Shown here piece after piece: positions 13,401 through 26,484 of a DNA stretch of 64,000 nucleotides. The translations under genes and the position numbers were made by a program. Positions within the stretch are counted from its first letter, which is position 1; the number at the start of each line of letters is the position of its first letter. This DNA is from Camelus ferus (taxonomy: Eukaryota), in assembly GCF_009834535.1 (NCBI RefSeq), contig NC_045697.1, forward strand, positions 40,674,001 to 40,738,000, in the 5' to 3' direction. Under the pieces are notes generated by a model that saw only the letters and a list, made by a program, of their open reading frames with translations, was not told the origin of the DNA and did no database searches.

Positions 13401-14249
13401 GTGATTGTGTTTTCATTTTCATTTGTCTCAAGATATTTTTTCATTTCAACTTTGATTTCATCATTGACCCATTGGTTTTTTAATAGCATGTTGTTTAATC
13501 TCCATGCTTTCCTTTTTTTCTCCTTTGTTTCTCTGTAGTTGATTTCTAGTTTCATAGCATTGTGGTCAGTAAAGATGCTTGAGATAATTTCTATCTTCTT
13601 AAAATTGTTGAGGCTTCTTTTGTGCCCAAGTACATGATCAACCCTAGAAAATGTTCCATGTGCACTTGAAAAGAATGTATATCCTATTTTGGGGGGGTGT
13701 AATGCTCTGAAAATATCCATCAAATCTAATTTTTCTATTGTATTATTTAATTTCTCTGTTGTCTTATTTATTTTCTGTCTGTAAGATATGTCTAGTGATG
13801 TTAATGTGGTGTTAAAGTCTCTGACAATTATTGTATTCCCATCAATATCCCCCTTTATCTTTGTTAGTAATTGTTTTATGTACTTAGGTGCTCCTATATT
13901 GGGTGCATATATATTAATGAGTGTAATATCCTCATCTTGTATTACTCCTTTAATCATTATAAAATGTCCTTCTTTATCTTTCTTTATGGCCTTTGTTTTA
14001 AAGTCTATTTTGTCTGAAATCAGTACTGCTACACCTGCTTTTTTTGGCTTTTCCATTTTCATGGAATATCCTTTTCCATCCTTTCACTCTCAATGTATAT
14101 GTGTCCTTCTCCCTAAAGTGGGTCTCTTGTATGCAGCATATTGAAGATTCTTGCTTTATTATCCAGTCTGCCACTCTATGTCTTTTGATTGGAGCATTTA
14201 GTCCATTAACATTTACAGTAATTAATGATAGATGTGTGTTTATTGCCAT
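10430..14249 (-). pseudogene. L1 ORF2p (endonuclease, reverse transcriptase, Cys-rich domain), multiply frameshifted
   Basis: Colinear fragments [56 protein letters not shown] and CWRGCGE..HCWWEC spread over at least 8 ORFs; 3' end approximate. Confidence 0.95.
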
Positions 14250-14675
14250 TTTGAACTTATTTTTGCAATTGATTTGGTATTTCCTCTTTGTTTCTTTCTT
14301 CTTCCTTTTGTGATTTGGTAATTTTCCTTTGTATTATCTTGGATTTTCTTTAGTTTTTGTGACTCACTTGTAAGTTTTTGGCTTGTGGTAACCCTTTTTT
14401 ATAAGTCTGTTAACCCATTACTATAACTGTTTGTATTAAACAGATAGTAGTATAAACTCAAACCCATCCTACCAAGAACAAAAAATTTTTGAAAAGAAAA
14501 AAAATAATCTGTATTTTCTTGCTTCCCTCTCCCACTCTTAATGATTTAGATTTCTTCTTTTACAATTTTGTGTTTATTCTATTTGTAATTCATAATAGTT
14601 ATGAGTTATGAGTTTCCATTTATGAGTTTCCAGTTATGAGTTTCTCATTTTTGTAGCATCCTGCTTCTTTTCTAT

Positions 14676-15577
14676 TTAGAGTAGACCTTTCAATATTTCT
14701 TTTAGCATGATTTTAGTGTTGCTAAACTCTTTTAGATTTGCTTGTCTGTGAAATTCTTTCTCTCTCCTTCTATTCTAAAGAATAGCCTTGCTGGATAGAG
14801 TATCCTAGGCCGCATCTTTTTTTCATTCAGGACTTTGAATATATCTTGCCACTCCCTTCTGACCTGTAGTGTTTGTGTAGAGAAATCTGCTGAGAGCCTT
14901 ATGGGGGTTCCCTTGTAACTCACTCTTTGTTTTTCTCTTGCTGCCTTTAGGATCATTTCTTTATCCTTGACTGTGGCCATCCTGATTATGATATGTCTTG
15001 GTGTGGGTCTGTTTGGGTTCTTCCTGTTTGGGACCCTCTGAGCCTCCTGTACTTGGATATCTGATTCCTTCTTTAGATTTGGGAAGTATTCAGTCCTGAT
15101 TTCTTCCAATACCTTTTCAATCCCCTTTGTTCTTTCTTCCTCTTCTGGAACCCCTATTATGCGTAGATTGGCACGCTTTATATTATCCCATAGGTCCCTT
15201 ATATTGATTTCATTGTTTTTTATTTGTTTTTCTCTCAGCTGTTCTGATTGGGTACTTTCTGTTGTCCTGTCTTCTAGGTCACTTAGCTGTTCCTCTACAT
15301 TGTCTAGCCTGCTGTGTATAGCCTTTTGATTAGTTCTCATTTCAGCCAATGAGTTTACCAATTCTAGTTGGCTCTTCTTTATAGCTTCAATTTCATTTTT
15401 GACATATTTTATATCTCTAAACACTATCTCTTTTAGTTCCTTCAGTACTTTGATCACTCCTATTTTGAAATATTGATCTAGTAGGCCATCAATGTCTATT
15501 TCATTGATCATGCTTTCAGGGGATTTCTCTTGCTCTTTTAATTGGGAGTGGTTCCTCTGCTTCTTCTTATTGCTCAC
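14676..15577 (-). pseudogene. L1 ORF1p, disrupted
   Basis: 281-aa frame (coiled coil, WDNIKRANLRIIGVPE, PTPRHIIIRM, YKGTPIRLSADFS). It opens on GTG, and a 1-bp frameshift near 14735 separates the usual C-terminus (LKEFSNTK..LKGLL*). Confidence 0.9.
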
Positions 15578-18500
15578 TGTGGCTTAAGGAGTATCAGTTA
15601 TCTATTGTGGTCCTTAAGGAGTTTATTTATTTATCTACCTAAAGCCTATGCAGGAATAAAACTTAAAAAAAGAGAGAGAGAATTTTAAAAGAATGGAGAA
15701 AAAAAGTTTGAAAACAGTATATAATCAATAATAGAAGAGCAAGTTGAAGCAGAATAGCAATTGAGTTGAGATGTCTTTTAAAAACCTTAAAAAAAGAGAA
15801 AAGATCAGAAAGCAATATTTAAAACTTGTGTATAATCAATAACAGAAGATCAAAACCAAGAGAAATAAAAATGAAATGAGGTGGATTTTTTTAAATAATA
15901 ATAATAAAAAGATCTTAAAAGAAAATTTTAAGAGGGATTAAAACTGTAGACATATACAATTGTTTAAAAAGTAAAGATTAAAAAGGTAATAAAAGTAGAA
16001 CAGATTAAAAACAAGATTAAAACAAAAAAAAATGGGGGGGGTGTTCTCCTGGAGACTGTGCACACTTAATGATTTTATTGAGAAGTCTTTCTGTCTTCGC
16101 CATTTTGTGAACTCAGCTTGCTGTTTCCAGAGACCCTCCTTTGGCGCCCTCCACCATGCTGCTCCCAGTGCCTGTCAGCAAGCGGATCACACCCCCTCCC
16201 AACACTGGGTCAGGTGCTGTGCTCCATCTCAGTGGGCGGGCGGGTCACTCTCCTTCCCAATGCCACAGTCAGACGCTGCGCTCAGGTGAGGTAGGCGGGT
16301 CAATTGCGCCCCCTCCCAGCACCAAGGTCAGGTGCTGCACTCCTGCATGGAAGGCAGTGGCCACCCGCCATCTCCCAGTCCTGATTGCTCCGATCGCTCC
16401 ACTGCTCTGTGCAGCTGCCTGCTCTACCTCTGGTGGTGCTTCGTAGGCGGCCCCAGGGAAGACAGCAGAACAGCCCCACCCCTGCTTCATGCCAAAACTC
16501 AGCTCCTTGTTTGTCTTGGTGGTGCAAGTTCCCTGAGGTACCAGGACAGAAAGATCCTATCTGCCTCAGGCTGTAAACAAGTCTCAGTCCTGCCTGGAAG
16601 GATGGGGGCCCCCAGGTGCGGATTCAGGTCTTGGCCCCGCCCCCACCCAGGCGCTGTGCACAGGAGCATATGGCGGCTGTGGCTGCGCTCCACCTCTGTT
16701 CTCCCGAGAAGCACCAGTAATGGTGCCGTGGGTCTGAGGCAACAAAGGCTATGGTGCCCCTCCCCCCAGGGCACACCAGCCATGTTGCTTTGCTTTTTTT
16801 TTTTTTTTTCATTAATTTATGGGGGGCCCAGGTTGTTCTGCTCTGTATCCCCTCCCAGCCACAGCGCACAGCACCCTGCAGTCCCCCGGGGGTGCCTCAG
16901 TGCAGCTGCCCCAGTCCTCCAGCAGCCTGTCCCAGCCCCCAGCTCATGTCTCCAGGCTGGGTGTTGCAGGGACCCTTTGTGCCTGTTTAACTTAGTTCTG
17001 TCGGTCAAGGGGTGCTCCATACAGATCTGAGCCTCTGAGGTTCCACCTCTGTCCCGCTGGTCTCTCCATTGGAGATGGGGATATTCAGCAAACGAGTGCT
17101 AGTCCTCCTTTGCCGCTCCCTCCCTGCAGGCCTGGTCCCGCACTGTTTTGCTTTTTCTTCTTTTTTCCTTTTCTCCTACCAGATTTGTGGCATCTTTGTC
17201 TTTTGAAAAGGGCGATGTTCTGTTGGAGTTAAGCAGGTGCTCTGGTTGGCTGGGTAGGTCCGTGGATGTGAATTTTGGTGTATCTGTGGGAGAGGGTGAG
17301 CTATGATCATCCTTCTACTCTGCCATCTTGGCCCCTTCTCCCCCCGTAATTTTCTTAAACCTCTTAAGAATGCTTTGCTTAGAGAGATCAAGTAACTTGC
17401 CCATATTTAGAAGAACTGAGATTCAGCCCAAAATTTTCTTTTTTACACAGAGGACAGCCTTTCTGAAAGAAGAAAACTGAACCAACATCTAAATCTCTGA
17501 TTCAATATAGTTTGTATCATATTAATGTTGGAACTTAAATTCTCTTTTAGATGTAGTTTATTGGTTATTATATTTATACATCTAACACATTGCAAAGAAA
17601 CTGCAATGTGTGAGTTGTAATGCAGAATAATACAAGTTTATTGGAATTAAGGATAATCAGGTGCTACAAGTAATTTTTTGACAGCTTAGAGTTATTTTTA
17701 TTAAATAAATTTGGTTGTCAAGAGATCACCTTATTAAAAGCATTTACTGAAAGCCTACTAAATACCAGGTACCCTACTAGGTCTAAATATCTTCTATAAA
17801 TTACTTCTAATCTTTCATCCAGGAGGACAAGATTTGGGCCCATCATAGTTTGCCTACCCTATTCTAATCCTTATATGCATTCTGCAAGATAAATCATACT
17901 ATGCTCATTTTATGGACAAAGAAACTGGAACTTGGAGAATTTAAGAAAATTACCCAAGGTCACACTGTCCCAGAGTGACAGATCAGAATTCCTACCTAGG
18001 TCTCTGACTTCAAATGCCCTTCTATTCCTAGCTTTGTTTTTTAATAGAAATTTTAAATTGAATTTTTTTCCTAAGAATCATTATTTTTAATGTATATTAA
18101 ATACTTCATTGGAAGTAGCTTTATTGAATTCCTGATAATGCATGATGATTATAATCAAAACTTAAGTAATATGGAGAAAAGCCCCTTCAAAATTGCTACT
18201 CTTCCAGAGATCACTTTATTGAAAAATTAGATCTCCAGTTAAAGCTTTCTAATTTAAGAGGCTATACTTCTTAATGATTTCTTCTTCTGGTACATGGAAA
18301 CATACATACTATTCTATAAGCTGCCTTTTTGACTTAACAATGTGCTGCTGTCAACTTTCTGTGCTGATGTATAAAGAGCTTACTTTACTTACCTTACTCT
18401 TAGCTTTTTTCTTACCTTATTCTTTTTGTTCACCTAACAATCCTTGGATATACATCTTGTCTATCGATGGACATTTAAATCTCAAATCTTTAATTATTGT

Positions 18501-18969
18501 AACAAACGCATATCCTTGTTTATGTGTGCATGTATACATATATGTATTACATGTTTATATATTCATATATGTGTACACATGTACATGTATATATGTGTGT
18601 GTGTATCTTTGTGCACTTTTCTGACTATTTTATTATAATTTTTTAAATGAATTATTGGATCAAAGGAATTTATTTACTTTTGATAGATTTATTAGATTGC
18701 CCTCCAGAAGAATTGTCCTAATTTATCCTCCCCCCAACAGGGTATAAAGTGTCCATTCCTCTCACCTTTGCCAGCTTTGGATATTAGCATATTTTTAATC
18801 TTTACCAACATGACAGGAAAAAACCAGTACTTCTATGTTATAGTAGTATATTTTTGATTATTAGAAAGGCTCACAATCATCTTTTTATTTAATAAGTCCT
18901 ATTATCTTCTATATTCCACTCTGCTCACACAAATCAGACTGCATGCATACAAGAGCTTATAAAAATCAA

Positions 18970-21210
18970 GTTAAGGAAGTTCCTTTGTGTTTCTAGGTTG
19001 TTGAGTGATTTTTTTTTTCTCATTAAAGGGTATTAGATTTTGTTAAATGATTTTTCTGTGTGTATGGTGATGATCTTTTGCTTCATTCTATTAATATGGT
19101 ATAGTACATTCATTGATTTTTATATGGTGAACCACCTTGCATTCCTGGAATAAATCTCACTTGGCCATGGTATATAATCCTTTTAGTTTGATGCTGGATT
19201 TGATTTGATGGTATTTCATTGATGACATGTGCATCTATATGCATAAGAGATATTGGTATATAGTTTTCTAGTGATATCTTTGGCTCCAGTAACAGGGTAA
19301 TTCTGGCCTCATAGAATGAGTTGGGAAGAATTCTCTCCTCTTCTGTTTTTTGAAAGACTTTGAGAAGGACTGGTGTTAATTCTTTATATGTCGGGTAGAG
19401 CTCATCATGAAGCCCTCTAATCCTGGGCTTTTCTTTGCTGGGATTTTTTTGATTACTAATTCAATCTTTTGTTAAAGGTATACTCAGGTTTTTTTATTTC
19501 TGCTTGAGTCAGTTTTGGTACTTTGTGTGTTCCTAGGAATTTGTACATTTTGTTTAGGTTATTTAATTTTTGGCATATAATTGTTCACAGTATTCTTTTA
19601 TAGTCCTTTTTATTTCTGTAAGGTTGGTAGTAGGAACTCAGTAATGAATTCACTTTTATTCTTGATTGTAATAGTTTGTCTTCTCTCTTTTCTTGATCAG
19701 TTCTAGCAAAAAAATTGTCAATTTTGTTGATCTTTTCAAGGAGTCAACTTTTGGTTTCACTGAGTTTTTTGAAATGACTTTATTGTGGTATAATTTCTAT
19801 ACAGTAAACTACACATATTTCAAATGTACAATTTGATGAATTTTGATAGATGTATATACCTATGAAAACACTACCACAATCAAGATACCTAACATTTCCA
19901 TCATTCCCCAAGAGTCATTGATTCTTTCTATTGTCTTCTATTCTTTCATTTATCTCTGCTTTAATCTCTATTATTTCCTTTATTTTGTTTGCTTTAGGTT
20001 TAGTTTTTTTTTTCTAGATTCTTAAGGTGAAAGTTAGGTTATTGATTTGAAATCTTTCTTCTTTTTTAATGTAGGTGTTTATAGCTATAAATTCCCTCTG
20101 AACACTGCTCTTGCTGTGTCCAATAAATTTTGGTATGCTTTGTTTTTTAGTTCATCTTAAAATACTCTCTAATTTCCTATGATTTCTTCTTTGTCCCATT
20201 GGTTGATTTCCACATATTTGTGAATTTTCCACAGTATGTTACCGATTTCTTTTTTATTGAAATATAGTTCATGTACAATATTATGTTAGTTTCAGGTATA
20301 CTACATAGTGATTTGATATTTACATACTTAATGAAATGATCACCACGATAAATCGAGTAACCATCTGTCCCCACACAGTTATTACAGTATTATTGACCAT
20401 ATTCCTTATGCTATATAATACATCCTGTGGCTTATTTATTTTATAACTGGAGGTTTGTACCTCTTTATCCCCTTCACCTATTTTGTCCCTTCCCCTTCCC
20501 CCCACCTCCCCTCTGGCAACCACTCATTTGTTCTCTGTGTGAGTTTGTTTTTGTTTTGTTTTGTTTATTTGTTTGTTTTGTTTTTTAGATTCCACATATA
20601 AGTGAGATAATATGATATTTGTCTTTCTCTGTCCGACTTATTTCACTTAGCATAATACTCTCTAGATCCATCCATGTTGTTGCAAATGGCAAGATTTCTT
20701 TTTTTAAAGGCTGAGTAATATTCTGCTGTATAAATATATATCTTCTTTATTTACTCATATATTAATGGACATTTAGGTTACTTCCATATCTTGGCTATTG
20801 TAAATAATGCTGCAATGACCTTTGGTGTGCACTGTTACCAATTTCTAATTTCATTTCACTATGGTCAGAGACCATACTTTATATGATTTCAGTATTTTTA
20901 CATTTAATGAGGTTTGTTTTGTGGTCTAACATAAGATCTGTCCTGGAGAATGTTTATTGTGCCCTTCAGAGGAATATGTATTCTATTGCTGTTGGGTGAA
21001 GTGTTCTATAGGTACTGTTAGTTTGGTTAATTTATACTGTTGTTCAAGTTTTCTATTTCCTTGTTGATTTTCTGTTTAGCTGTTCAGTTCATTGTTGAAA
21101 GTGGGATTAATGTCTCCAGCTCTTTTTTTTAAACTATCCATATTTCTCTTCAATTCTGTCATTTTTTTGCTTCATGTATTTTGGGGCTTTATTATTAGGT
21201 ATATGAGCAA
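18970..21210 (-). mobile_element. Old L1 ORF2 fragment hosting two nested L1 3' ends
   Basis: Degenerate ORF2 sequence (ctggcctcatagaatgagttgggaag...) that resumes after each insert. Confidence 0.85.
20251..20832 (-). mobile_element. Nested 5'-truncated L1
   Basis: TSD TGTTACCGATTTCT (20237-20250) and TGTTACCAATTTCT (20833-20846); T tail on the left. Confidence 0.88.
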
Positions 21211-21542
21211 TTTTTAGTTAAATGCTTTGCCCTTAAATAAGTTATCTTTTTCTTTTCTATTAGTGATACAAACAATGCACTATAATCTGAATTTATTAGA
21301 TTAAGAATAATTGGATGTTCTGAATCATCCTTTTAAAATGTCTACTCTCCAATATATACTTTACATAAGAAAATTTATTTTCTCTAAAAATTTAGTTGTG
21401 TGTTTGCTACAGAAAGCTATTAGTTTTCATTGGCTAGTACCATAAAAAAGAAAATGTTATATAAGAAGGTGACAAGTAACATCAGTATACTATAACTGTA
21501 TAAATATTTGTATGTGTATTTCCCATTTAACCACAATGTTAC

Positions 21543-21706
21543 CAGTAGAGTACTGAAGCCACCTTATGTTCATTCAGTGATGCCATATTGGTAGCTTGAA
21601 TTGCCATATTGGGAGTATTTATACCATAGAAACTGGAAAACGCTACTAAACTGGTAATTCTGTCCCCTGGAGAGCCAGTTGATACACATTTACCAGCATA
21701 CCACTG
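21543..21706. mobile_element. MER63-like hAT DNA transposon
   Basis: Imperfect terminal inverted repeats cagtagagtactg and cagcataccactg; internal gagagccagttga..catttaccagca. Confidence 0.55.
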
Positions 21707-23427
21707 CATTACCTCCATTTTTCAGATTAAACACAAAAACAAAAACCTGAGCTTTGATGAGTGAAAATATCATCCCCCAAATTATTCAGCTACTTAAGTG
21801 GTAAAATTAGATAATCAAACACAGTCCTTCTACCTGAAAATATTCTTTCTCCTTAAGTATTCTTATAATCACACATACATTCTTCTTCTCCACCCCAACA
21901 GATTGGCTGAAAGTGTTTTTGGATAGTTTCTACAAAATCCATTATCAACATTTATTTAATAGGATTTGCAACTCTTATTAATGTAAATTATCAGGGAAAA
22001 TATTTCTGTGTACTGGCATTTTAATGATTAAAGATTAAAATTTTTTTCTATGAAGCAATTGAAGCCTTTTGGTCTTCTTAATATCATGATATTGGACAAC
22101 CATTAAATTTAACAAAAATTCTTCTGACAGAGGCTAAGACCTTAGGCAAAGAGATCAAATAACTTAGAAAAGTTTGCTCAGTGCAACACCATTTTATTGG
22201 TAGGGATGGAACATGGGAATATTGAGGTCTGGTAGCAATATGCCAGAAAGTAACTTTCCCTCTGAACACTGTTCAAGGCACAAGCATTCTTCAGTTTCTA
22301 GAGTCATCCTCCTTGGTCCCCATTACCTGCCTATCCCACAGGCTAAAGGACTGCTTAGTCTTCAAGCTTCTATTACCTTTCATTTTGCCTCCATTGGGCC
22401 AAAAGCCATTACTTTCATTATTACATTGCCTCTCCTGTCACCTCTGCAAGCTTTTCATATGTAATACTATTGCATCTGGGTCCTGGGGTGAACACAGTTT
22501 TCTAACAAATGACTGACCTATGCTGAGAATGAAAGATTATGTTATATATATTTTAGGTTCTGCTCTCCTCCATGTATACAATTATCTTGCCCACTTTTAA
22601 GTACAATACTACACTTTTCAGTTGTCCCAGTTTTACTTTACTGCATATTTTTCTTTCTGAATGAACTATTCTGTATTTGTTCCTAAAGAACCTCATCCCA
22701 TTATTTTTGTCTCAGTTCTCTTAAACTATTCACACACATTTAAAATCTGCCTCTCCAAAATGTTAGTCTCCCATACAATTTGGTGACATTAGCAAGTTTC
22801 ATGAGTAAATTTAATTATTTATCTTTCTTTCGAAGTCATTAATAAAATGTTAAAAAAAAAAAAAAAAACAGGACTAACTCTTTTGTAACTCTATCCTAAA
22901 TGCACTTATTCTAGCGCTCAGAGAACAAAGGTCACTTTTTAGGGACCACCTCTTACTCAGTAATGCATAATACCAGGGTGATTACACAGTAAAGATGTAA
23001 AATGGAACAAAGTAACAAAGCTAAAAATTAAATCAAGACCTAATAAATATAAGGGTTCCATATGGAGATCAAGGACTTAGAGCTGAGCATACCCCTGTAT
23101 TTTAAGTCCTCTGATACTTTAGAAATTATACACTTAATATAATAATAAAACTTGTATAATGGTATCTGACTTCTTTCTGAAGACTTCTAAGGATTTAAAA
23201 GTGAATTTGTCAGTCCTAATCTAGCTAAATTATTTTCGAGTCTTAATAAATGGTTTTGTTTTGCTATTATTATTAATGTGAAAACAGCTACCATCTTTGA
23301 GTCCCTGTGATAGGCTAGATGCTTCAAGTCAGTTATGCTATGGTAATTTAACTCACTTGTTTTGCACCAAACCAAAGCTGAAGCCTCCGTGAAATGTTTC
23401 ATTTCTGAAGACTGCTTCTGATTTCAG

Positions 23428-23544
23428 TTTGGGACCCACTCTGGAACCTGAGGAAGTGGTAAACAAGCTGATAGATGGGATCCTGACTGAGCAGAAAATG
23501 ATCTTTGTTCCATCTTCTTTAAGTTTTTTTTCAGTGTTAGAAAA
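23428..23544 (+). CDS. HSD17B11: HSD17B11 coding exon 6 (117 bp)
   Basis: atttcAG/GTaagt; (S)LGPTLEPEEVVNKLIDGILTEQKMIFVPSSLSFFSVLE; phase matches exons 5 and 7. Confidence 0.95.
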
Positions 23545-24024
23545 GTAAGTGACAGTTATGTTTGTCAGCATTACACATGAAGATTATCTATTACATGTTT
23601 TAATTCAGATTTAAAGTCAGTCATTTGATAAAGTACAATTAAATGGAATTAAGTTAATAAAAATAATAGGCTTAAGGAATCCATCCATTTTTAAAACCAC
23701 ATTTGTTAATAATTCAAACAAGATTGGTATAGCAAATGGGGAAAGAAATTAAATAATTTCCACAAGTTTTAAGTGTTTTTTTTTTAAGAAAGAAATTTAT
23801 ACATTTCTGGAAGTTTTGTCTTATAAATGAATGAATAGGAAGGAGGATAGTTTTTAATCATTATTACATAATGGAATTATGGGACAGTGATATTGGAGGA
23901 GACCATAGTTAGGTTTTAGATAGTCATTTAAATATACAACAGATAATCATTGAGCTCTTTGCAAAGTCATCCTGAAGCATAAGAATTGCTACATAATCTC
24001 TTATAATTTTAGAGACCTTTAAGC

Positions 24025-24362
24025 CTTGCTCCTTCAAATGTGGTCCATGGATGAGCAGCATCACCATCACCTGGGAGTTTATTGGAAATATAGAATCTCC
24101 TGATCTCCTGAATCAGAATTTGCATTTTAATAAGACCCACAGGTGATTTGTATGGACATTCAAATTTGAGAAGCATTTTTTTGGAGCAGTAACTCCCAAC
24201 TTTGGTGCCCACTAGAACTTACCTGGGAGTTTTTAAAATGCTAATTAATGCCTGAGACCTACTCCCCAAGATTCTGATTTAATTGGTCTAGAGTGTGGCT
24301 TGGTCTCTAAGAGATACAACTTTCTCTGTGATTCTAACATACAGCCAAGATTGGAAACCACT
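24025..24362. mobile_element. Two adjacent MER5-family elements
   Basis: tcaaatgtggtcc..gcagcatcaccatcacctgggag..tttgagaagca followed by cagtaactcccaac..gattctgatttaattggtct..ttggaaaccact. Confidence 0.75.
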
Positions 24363-25825
24363 CTTTTAAAGAATGCATAACACATTGCCCCATTACTCTT
24401 CTGGGAAAGTTGTGTGGCAATGACACTGGTCAGGTAATAGGGGAAAGTGAGGAGGTGCCTTAGGTCAGGGGGGAAAAAATAGCCTGTTGCTCTCTTGCTG
24501 CCTGCCTGTCCCTAGAGTCAGACTTCCCCAGCATGGATCCTTTAGGAAGTCAGTTAAAAATAATAGGTTTAGATAGTAAAGCTCAAGGATCTTCTTGGAA
24601 AATAAATGAGTTAAAACCTGCAAAGTGTTTCCCATTATGCTTGTCCCATTATGTAAGTGTTCAGTGATCATGGTCTTTAGAATGTAACTTTCTGAGGGAA
24701 GGAATTTTGTCTGGTTTTCATCACTACATCTCCCGAGCTTTGAAGAGTTGATGGACACAGAGGAGGCACCAAAATGTTTGATGATTAAAGTTTCCCCAGA
24801 CTTTTATCACAGATGAATCTGTGTTTTTGTGATTTGCTATGTGGACATGGATGAGTTATCTAACTTCTTTGAAGCTCAGTTTCTTCATCTGTTATATGGA
24901 GACAACAGGACTTTATAGGCCTGTGAGAGATAAATAAAATGCATTTAAAATATTCAGCATACTATAAGTAATAAATGCTATATACCAGAATTATTATTAT
25001 AATTATCACTATTATTAATATTGCCCTGATTTTTCTCTGAATATGAATGTTTGCTGCTCAGTTTCTAAACCTTATTTTAATGCCATCTAAGCAGATGTCT
25101 GTACATATTTACACAAGTTTACATACTCTGTTCAGTTTCTCTCAGACTCATTGGAATGTGACAAGTTCCTCAATATACTTAAGGATGGGGTAGGGAGATA
25201 AAAATTAACCTACTGTGTGTCCATCACCATAAAATTAAGGCATTTTATATTAACACATTGATTAGTCATAAGAACACTGTGGGGGTAAGTGTTAATTCTT
25301 TCATTTACATGTAAGAAATTTAAACTCAAAAGTTAAATAATTTGTTCAGCATTATGCTCAAAAACCAAGTGTATTTTCTGCATTTTCTTTCAGCAATTCT
25401 GTGTCCCTAGTCTTTTAATGGAACATTTTAATAGTTTCTGGATTATAAAGTATAAAATTAGTTCCTATTCTTACTTTCTCTCTAGGGTCAGGTTTCTTTT
25501 TTTTTAAGCCGTTTAGTACCTGAACTATTCAGTTCTATACACCTTGTCTCTTAGATCTTTTGAAAAGTATTCAAGTATATTTATTTTGAAGACTAAATCT
25601 TTCAGGTCACTCCTACCCTAAAGAAGGTTAAACTTTCCTTTTCCTTTTGAAAAGGAAATGGATTTCACTGGAAAGAACATATAGTGGTGACTCAGAGTTA
25701 AAGTTCTTAATCTTATTTAAGATGAACATGGACATGATACTTGATAAATATAAGTATTTTTAAAGATATTTTACAAATGCACTTAATATTACTTTCCTAA
25801 TTATTTCATGTTATCTTTCTTTTAG

Positions 25826-25916
25826 GACCCTTCCTGAGCGTTTCCTGGCAATTTTAAGACGAAAGATCAATATTAGGTTTGATGCAGTTGTTGGATATAA
25901 AATTAAAAAACAATAA
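25826..25916 (+). CDS. HSD17B11: HSD17B11 last coding exon 7 (91 bp to stop)
   Basis: ttttAG acceptor; (K)TLPERFLAILRRKINIRFDAVVGYKIKKQ-TAA. Confidence 0.95.
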
Positions 25917-26478
25917 GTCCTTCGTTTTTTTTTAAAAATGATTTACCAGGTTTAAGTTGATTTCATATAATATTAACCAGAATTTTAATGTTTGGACTTC
26001 TGCTTTTCCTAATTATCATTTTTTTTAATACCACCTTTTGAGGCTCCAGCAGGTTCTAATTTCATATAATACACAGAACTATCTTAGGAACTGATCTTAT
26101 GGAAAGTGGAGGAAAAGAAAGAGTTTTACATTAATTTCCAAGATTTTGTAGCTCATCTAAAGGCTTTGCAAAGTTTATACTATAGATGTTTAAGATAATT
26201 TTTATTTTTAATCACTTAAATTTTATATAATTTATATTTCCTTTTCATGAAGGACTATATCTAGTGGCATTTCATAGTGAATTTCACATGATGTAAGAAA
26301 TATTGCTCAAACATTTCACCCTACACATTACTACTCTGCTTCTTGAGAAATACCTCACATTCCAATGCCAGACATTTCAGCACAAGGAAACTGGAGATGG
26401 ACACATGTTGCGAGTATAAAGGCATCATTGAGATTTGAGGCAGAGAATTGGGAGAATGTACACATAAGTGGCAATAAT

Positions 26479-26484
26479 AATAAA
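26479..26484 (+). terminator. Probable HSD17B11 polyadenylation signal
   Basis: AATAAA about 560 nt after the stop, followed by GT/T-rich sequence (ttttggtgtttct). Confidence 0.6.

Larger units (their letters stand above)
10104..17345 (-). mobile_element. Full-length LINE-1 (about 7.2 kb), inactivated, antisense in HSD17B11 intron 5
   Basis: TSD GTAATTTTCTT at 10093-10103 and 17346-17356; TT/AAGA endonuclease site; 5' end GGGGGGAGAAGGGGCCAAGATGGC (YY1 motif); GC-rich 5'UTR, ORF1, ORF2 fragments and A-rich tail. Confidence 0.97.

Noticed and set aside
16332..17030. 232-aa ORF antisense to the L1 5'UTR (ORF0-like idea)
   Set aside because: GTG start, GC-rich stop-poor sequence, runs through a T homopolymer, no recognisable domain.
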